A stretch of DNA of 64,000 bases, taken from positions 5,766,001 through 5,830,000 of the forward strand of contig CM022678.1 in NCBI GenBank assembly GCA_012295275.1, given 5' to 3'. This DNA is from Chrysomallon squamiferum (taxonomy: Eukaryota; Animalia; Mollusca). Under the pieces are notes generated by a model that saw only the letters and a program-made list of their open reading frames with translations, made no database searches and was not told where the DNA came from. A program made the position numbers and the translations under genes. Below, piece by piece: positions 56,899 to 64,000 of the stretch; position 1 is the stretch's first letter, and the number at the start of each line of letters is the position of its first letter.

Positions 56899-56944
56899 AC
56901 TGTTCTGCAAGCAAAACCCGATCGATATTTGTCACTAGAGTCCG

Positions 56945-58680
56945 TTTTAAGATTCGCTGGTAGCTATTGCAGCAGGAAGAGCAATTTAATTTCAAACACT
57001 GCAGTTTTGAAGGGTCCATTATGAATATCATGACTTCATTTAGCGTATTTTGAATGCAGACAACCAACTGTAGGTGTATATATATATGCTAGGGTTTGTT
57101 TTAAGATTTGCTGGTAGTTGTTATAGGTATATAGCACATATGGAATATAACACTTAGTACATGAAAATAAATGGTATAATTTTTGGACTGGAGATTTTAA
57201 GATGTTCATTCTGAATATTATTTAGAGTATATTGGGTATAGTTAAATATAGGTGTTTATATATATATATATCCTAATGTTTGTTTTAAGATTTGCTGGTA
57301 GTTGTTATAGGTATATAGCACATATGGAATGTAACACTTAGTACATGAAAATAAATGTATAATTTTTGGACTGGAGATTTTAAGATGTTCATTCTGAATG
57401 TTATTTAATGTATATTGAGTATAGTTAAATATAGGTGTGTATATATATATCCTAATGTTTGTTTTAAGATTTGCTGGTAGTTGTTATAGGTATATAGCAC
57501 ATGTGGAATATAACATTTAGTACATGAAAATAAATGTATAATTTTTGGACTGGAGATTTTAAGATGTTCATTCTGAATATTATTTAATGTATATTGGGTA
57601 TAGTTAAATATAGGTGTTTATATATATTCTAATGTTTGTTTTAAGATTTGCTGGTAATTGTTGAAGGCAGTTTAAATTTGAATAATGGAGATTTGAGGGT
57701 CTTTTATGAATATTATGCCTTTATTTAATGTATATAGAATATAGATATATGCAAGTGTTTTGTCTAAGATTTGCTGGCAGTTGTTGCAGGCATAGAGTAT
57801 AAGTTTTAGAACTGGAGATTTGAGGGGTTCATTTTGAATGTTATACCTTTATTTAATGTATATTGGGTGTAGATAAATACAGATGTATATATATGCTAGT
57901 GTTTTAAGATTTGCTGATAGTTCTTGCAGGCATAGTGGTTTATTTTCAAGCACTGGAGATTTGAGGGGGGTTCATTTTGAATGTTATACCTTTATTTAAT
58001 GTATATTGGGTGTAGATAACTATAGGTGTATATTTGCTGATAGTTCTTGCAAGGGTAGTGGTTTACTTTCAATCACTGGAGTTTTGAAGGGTTCATAGTG
58101 GATATCATGTCTTCAATTAAAGTATACTGGATGTATATAAACAAAGGTGTATATTATATGCCAGTGTTTGTTTTAAGATTTGCTTGTAGCTCTAGCAGTT
58201 TAATTTTTTAAGACTGCAGATTTGAGGGTTCCATTATGAATATTGTGTCTTCATTTAATGTATATTGGGGTTTGGAAGATGAATACAGATGTTCATGTGT
58301 TAGTGTTTAGGATTTGATGATAGTTCTTGCAGAAGTAGTAGGTTAATTTTGAAGACTGGACTTCTGAGAGATTCATTATGAATATCATGTCTTCATTAAA
58401 TGTATATTGGGTGGAGGTAAATAGACTAGGGGTTTTGTATAATTCCATAATTTGGTAGTTCTTGCAGGAGTGGGAGTTTATTTTTGAGAACTGGGGTTTT
58501 GAAAGGTTCATTTTGTCTTCATTTGATGTAAATTGGATATGGTAGATACATTATTTATTACATGTGCTAGTGTTTAGGTTTGGCTCTAAGGTTTTTCAGG
58601 AGATTTTGAATAACTGTTCAGTTTTGAGCATATAGACTCCTGTTATGAATATCATACCTTCCTTTAATGTATTTTGGATA
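56945..58680. repeat. Second tandem array (array B), ~140-150-bp basic unit with three expanded ~180-bp copies, ~12 copies
   Basis: Recurring TTTTAAGATTTGCTGGTAGTT...ACTGGAGATTT...TTCATT.TGAAT.TTAT...TTTAATGTATATTGGGT at ~56945, 57098, 57283, 57462, 57638, 57763, 57902, 58171 and onward, increasingly diverged rightwards. Confidence 0.9.
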
Positions 58681-58976
58681 TAAGTGTGTGTGTGTGTGTG
58701 TGTCATTAGTTGTAAAATAGTTGTCTGACAAAGAAACATAAAGAAAACATCTACACACATTATATTTTTAACATGGTAAATTTTCTAGTATTTACAGGGC
58801 ATTCAGAGCAGCAGTTTAATTCCAAGGACTTGAGCATTAGAAACATGAAATACTTTTACTTTGTTTATAATGGGTGCAGATTTATATGTAAATGTGTGTG
58901 TATTTGTATGATGTGTCTGTGTGTATATGTGTGTAGTTGTAAGAAAATTGTTTAAAGGGATAAAAATAAAATAAAT

Positions 58977-59072
<96 letters not shown>

Positions 59073-59189
59073 CAAATAATAATAAAAAACAGTCCAGCTG
59101 TAAAAAAAACAATAATAATAATAATAATAAAATATTGTCAATGATACCTAAGGCAATTACACTGACTGTCTGGAAAATAAATATGAGTC

Positions 59190-60700
59190 AATTCTCAAGT
59201 AAATTTTTGTTACATAAATAACTATAAATACCAAACCTGTCAATAGCATCTGGTTTTTTTTGGTATGTTTCTTTTAATGGTGTCATTCTATATTTTATTA
59301 TGTCCTGCACATGTATGTGAGTCCTTTGAACTATATAATATAAATATATATAGGTATATTTAAACAAAAAAAAGACTGTGGAAGTCTTACAAATGTACAA
59401 ATGTCAGTGAGTACATTAAAATGAGGGAAGTACAGTTTCGATTGTTATAAGAACCAGGGGAAAACGAGATCTCCTCAGCTGTCCCCTACATTTGCATCTG
59501 TCTTTGGTATAAGCTGTTTCTGATAGAGCAAAATCTAATAAATAAAACTTATTACCGTATTTATTCAGGTATAAGTGAAATTCCGTTTAAGATACAGCTC
59601 AAATTTTCGATCCTAAATTGAACAAAATTAATTTGAGGAAATAATACATAGAATATATGTAATATACTATTGTATATGGGTGTGTCAGTGTATAAAGTGG
59701 AATTTAAACGTAATTGGTCACCCCAGAACTTGTATATTAAAATCTGATGGTTTGGAATGTCCCATAGCAATGGAGATTGGATTAAAACCAGCAGTCTTCT
59801 TGTATATCATACATAAAATTTATCTGTTTTCTGAGGTAAAAAAAAAAATATATAGATGTTTCTCTTTTTATTTTCTTATAAAATTGCCAGATTATTTACC
59901 CAGTTATTTAAAAAGTTTTCATCATTTTCAAAAACAAATAAAAAAATAAAAGTAATAATATACAATAATAAATAAGATATGTGTTTCATTACTGCATGAA
60001 ATTAAAAATGGTGGCTTCACTTTCATATAAATATTAATTTAACTTTATATAAAAAAATAAACTAAGATATTATAATAATCACCAACATATGTATTAAAAC
60101 AGGATCATTATTCTCTTGAAACAAATTTAATATTTTAATTGTTTTGAAAAATACAGTTAAGATATTGTTGTTTTTTTTTTGCATTACTGCAATATGTAAA
60201 ATGGCTGCCTCATTTCCTGAACACATCAGTTTAACTGTTTAGAAAGAAAAGAAAAAAAAAAGAAGTCATTTTCATCAGTTTAAATAATAGTAAATAAATA
60301 AATAAATAAATATAAATTCATCATCATCACCACTGCAGATAAATTAAAAATGGTTGTGCACGACTTTCTCGAAACGCACTATATTTCATTATTGATCTTT
60401 CCACAGAGAATAAGGAACAATATAAAATATGGAGCATTATTCCATCCGAACCAGGATTTGTTTTCTCTCTCTGCCTGACTTGAATGATTTCATATTGATT
60501 GTTTTCTCCGACCTCACAGTGCTGCAGGGCCAGATCCAACAAAGAGGTCTCACACACCGGTTTAATTTGATATGTTTCTTCATGTGCTTTATATCTGCAC
60601 AAATAAGTGTTTTTCGACATCGCCAAAATTGTTTTTCGGCCCAATCATTGCTAGATTTGTTTCTTGGTTCTTTGGAGGCTGTGGCAACAGAGAGAAAAAT
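59190..60700 (-). mobile_element. Highly decayed, interrupted L1/Tx1-like LINE ORF2 remnant
   Basis: Collinear minus-strand motif remnants: CEVGE...KTNPGSDGI (~60455; cf. KSPGxDG), WD..KFWGDQ..TLYTD (~59730), SCILNG (~59590), RG..GDLVFP (~59475; cf. RGVRQGDPLSP) and AIDRFGIYS (~59235; cf. FGxxSGLKIN). Confidence 0.5.
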
Positions 60701-61443
60701 GAAACAAATAATGGAATTAATTGTTTTTGTTTTTTTGAAATTTGGACTTTTTTATTTTTTATTTATTTATATATTTATTTATTTATTTATTTGTTATTAC
60801 TGCTACTACAACTACAACAACCACTATGACCACAACTACTACTAACAACTACTATTTTTAATGTAGTTATTATTTATATATTTTTTTAATATATTTTTTT
60901 TTTATTTTGTTGTGTGTATGTTTGTGTTGATAAGAATGTCTTTCAATTGTTTCATTTTGCAAGAACTAAATAAGAATGGTAAATTTATAATGATGAAATT
61001 GAGAGAATTAATCAATAAATGGATGTTATACACAGACAAATGGATGAATGAAAAACAAATAGAACAAAGATGGATTATGGATACATGGAGAGATGGATGT
61101 TTGTATTGATCAAATGCATGGATAGATTGACTAAAGGAAAGAAAGATTGCATGGCTGAATGAAACGAATGCAGTGATGAATTAACAGATGAATGGTGCAT
61201 GTATAAATATTTTAATATTAATAGGCATTAAAAATTAATAATACAGTTTCAAATCAGATTATATTATCTTAATACAGATATGACAGAAAATGTCACTTTC
61301 ATTTATTTTATTTTATTTTATTTTATTTTATTTTATTTTATTTTATTTTATTTTATTTATTTTATTTTCATTTAAATAATTGTTTAAATAGCAATGGAAT
61401 TATTTCAGGTTGGTTTATTTAATTTTTACCAAAGTATCTGTTT

Positions 61444-61507
<64 letters not shown>

Positions 61508-61529
61508 CCAGTTTTGCACATGCTGTAAT

Positions 61530-61700
61530 GATGGTTTAAGAGAAAGAAACTATTTGCCTTCATTCATAAGCTTCTGTTTTCAGTTAGCAGCATATGCTAA
61601 AAAAAGATCCACCTTCCCATAAACAGAAAAGAACATACAACAGAGACTGGGATATTTCAGTTATGGTGCATAGACAAGAATGGGAAATAGTCTGAAGTAC
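61530..61700 (+). mobile_element. Decayed copy of the same SINE-like family (intronic)
   Basis: GTTAGCAGCAT...CACCTTCCCATAAACAGAAAAGAACATAC. Confidence 0.5.
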
Positions 61701-62394
61701 ACACTCAAGAAAAAAAACACTTTATTTATCAGAAATTAACAAATGAATTTTGTTTCAGTTTATTTTACATTAAAAGACATAAAGAATTTTGATTTATTTA
61801 CCAATACAGACAGAGGTTGCTCAGTCACTGTAGACTATTTGTAAGACTTTGTTTTCATTTTTTTCCCACTTGGAACTAAAATGGAACAAAAATTCAAATC
61901 CAAAGACTACATTTACCTTTTTCACTGCTAATGCTAATCTAATATATAATTTTTATGGTAAATTTCTTTAAATTGTTAATTATATTATTACTTTGAACCA
62001 TAACCACCATATACATATGCATTGTGGACACTGAAATATACCCAGAATGACAAACGGTTAATAAACAAGTGATAGAAATCCAAGCAGGAATTGTATAAAT
62101 TTTATAATACAATAAAAAAAAAAAAAAATGATTGTTTTAATCTGGTGGGTATTGTCCCATAAAAAAAAACAGAAATGTGAACCAAGGTTGAAATTAGAAG
62201 TAGATGAAATCCAGTCGTTGTATAAAATCCAAGCTGATAAAACTTGATGTATTACACTCACTGGAGATTCACTTACAAATCAAACTGATGTGAATATAAT
62301 CTACAAGGGAAGTGGGGAAAAAAAAAAAAATAAAAATAAAAAACTCACTTTTGCAGCAGAAGTATCTACAGATGCTTAAGAGATTAATATTGAA

Positions 62395-62444
<50 letters not shown>

Positions 62445-63278
62445 GCGTTTACGGTTATTGTTGTTTTTTATTTTTAGGAAGATTCTGAAGTTCACAGAAA
62501 ACTACTAAAGTTGATTCTCAATCTTTAGATGAATGAAATGTTTTTTTTTATTTAATTTTTAATTTTATTCTAAGTCAACTAATTTAGTCTTCTTCAGTTG
62601 TTGTTGTTGTTCAGATTATTGTGGCTGACATTTTGGAGAGATTTTTTTTATTATTTTTAGTTTTGTCTGTTCATGAAACTATCTTTCTGTCTGTTTACAA
62701 CCAGATATATATGTCAATCAATTCATTCATCCATCTATCTGTCTGTCTGTCTGTCCATCTTTTCTTTCTTTCTTTCTTCCTTTCTGTTTAACTGTCTTTC
62801 CATCTGTGTTACTGTCTATCAATAAATATGGATAGATGGATAGATAGATATAATTAGAGAGATAGACAGAAACAGACAGGCAGGTAAAAAAATAAAAAAA
62901 TAAACTGAAACAGGTAATTAAAATATAAAAAAGTATAATTACAGAAATCAAGTCACAGTCTAAATGTTGTGTTATAATAATACATACATTGTTTTTTTTC
63001 TTAGTTTTTTTTTAATTTTAATTTAATTTTTTAATTTTATTTAAAATGTATATGAAATAAACAAAACCATACATTTTTTTTTTAATTATTTATTTTTTTG
63101 CTTTATTTTTTTTAATTATTATTATTATTATTATTATTTTTTTTTTTTAATTATTCTATTTTATTTAAAAACGTATATGAAACAAATAAATAAATAAACA
63201 TTTTAAAATTTTTTTAAAATTATATATATATTACTTTTTTTTTCTCTCTCTCTTTTTTTCTCTCTCTCTCTTTTCCAG

Positions 63279-64000
63279 ATCACAGCCGTAGTATCAGTGT
63301 TCTTCATAGTAATTTCAATCTTGTCCTTCTGCCTCAAAACTCACCCGGAAATGCGAGTCCCAGTCCTTCGCAACGCCACCTCGAAAACGGCCGACGGCAA
63401 CATCACCTGGAGGCTGGAGAAGAAAGACTCCGAACCTCACGATGCATTTTTCTACATCGAATGTGCGAGCAACGCGTGGTTTACATTTGAGATTATCATA
63501 CGCTTCATCGTAGCCCCCAACAAACTGAACTTTCTCAAGGCCCCCGTGAACATCATCGACATCGTTGCCACGCTGTCCTTCTACCTGGACTTCCTGCTGA
63601 CGAAGCTGGAGCAGGAGAACGACATGCTCGAGTTCTTCAGCATCATCCGCATCATGCGCCTGTGCAAACTGACGAGACACTCCGCGGGCCTGAAAATCCT
63701 CATTCACACATTCAGGGCGAGTGGGAAGGAGCTCATCCTCCTCGTGTTCTTCCTCGTCCTCGGCATCGTCATCTTCGCCGCGCTGATCTACTACGCCGAG
63801 CGCATCCAGTTCAATCCGGATAACGACTTCGAGAGCATCCCCGTTGGCCTCTGGTGGGCCATCGTTACCATGACTACGGTGGGCTACGGGGACATGGCCC
63901 CAAAGACCTACGTGGGCATGTTCGTGGGAGCCCTGTGCGCTCTCGCGGGCGTGCTGACGATAGCCCTTCCAGTGCCTGTGATAGTAAGCAATTTCGCTCT
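63279..64000 (+). CDS. Shaw: Shaw/Kv3 channel, transmembrane exon (S1-S6 and pore), truncated by the window end
   Basis: A long pyrimidine tract plus TTCCAG acceptor (AG 63277-63278) is followed by an open phase-0 frame: [35 protein letters not shown]...[10 protein letters not shown]...[12 protein letters not shown]...[24 protein letters not shown]...[19 protein letters not shown]...[15 protein letters not shown]. It shows the TVGYGD filter, PVP hinge, 4-charge Shaw-type S4 and two N-glycosylation sequons (NAT, NIT) in the S1-S2 loop. Missing from the ORF track. Confidence 0.97.
   Translation, partial: MTAVVSVFFIVISILSFCLKTHPEMRVPVLRNATSKTADGNITWRLEKKDSEPHDAFFYIECASNAWFTFEIIIRFIVAPNKLNFLKAPVNIIDIVATLSFYLDFLLTKLEQENDMLEFFSIIRIMRLCKLTRHSAGLKILIHTFRASGKELILLVFFLVLGIVIFAALIYYAERIQFNPDNDFESIPVGLWWAIVTMTTVGYGDMAPKTYVGMFVGALCALAGVLTIALPVPVIVSNFA

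Noticed and set aside
54827-58680. CRISPR-like array
   Set aside because: Head-to-tail units with no unique spacers, no cas genes, and a eukaryotic intron context.
63315-63707. 130-aa minus-strand ORF
   Set aside because: Antisense shadow of the Shaw transmembrane exon.

Overview
AT-rich, microsatellite-dense animal genomic DNA, probably a mollusc (inferred from repeat content, unverified). The only clearly supported gene is a Shaw/Kv3 (KCNC-family) voltage-gated potassium channel on the + strand. Coding exon A (45227-45736) encodes the T1/BTB domain. Coding exon B (63279 to beyond the window end) encodes S1-S6 and the TVGYGD pore. They are joined in frame by a 17.5-kb non-canonical GC-AG intron. 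That intron holds a candidate in-frame 24-nt microexon, inverted (CT)n/(GA)n tracts, a young 112-bp tandem array and a second ~140-185-bp array separated by a ~190-bp degenerate palindrome, and a decayed L1/Tx1-like LINE. The upstream 45 kb has candidate non-coding exons, a CR1/L2 RT fragment, decayed SINE-like repeats and many local tandem duplications of different ages. Almost all ORFs in the supplied track are low-complexity artefacts. I see no prokaryote-type system such as CRISPR or an operon. Comparisons to known proteins are from memory, not from a database search.
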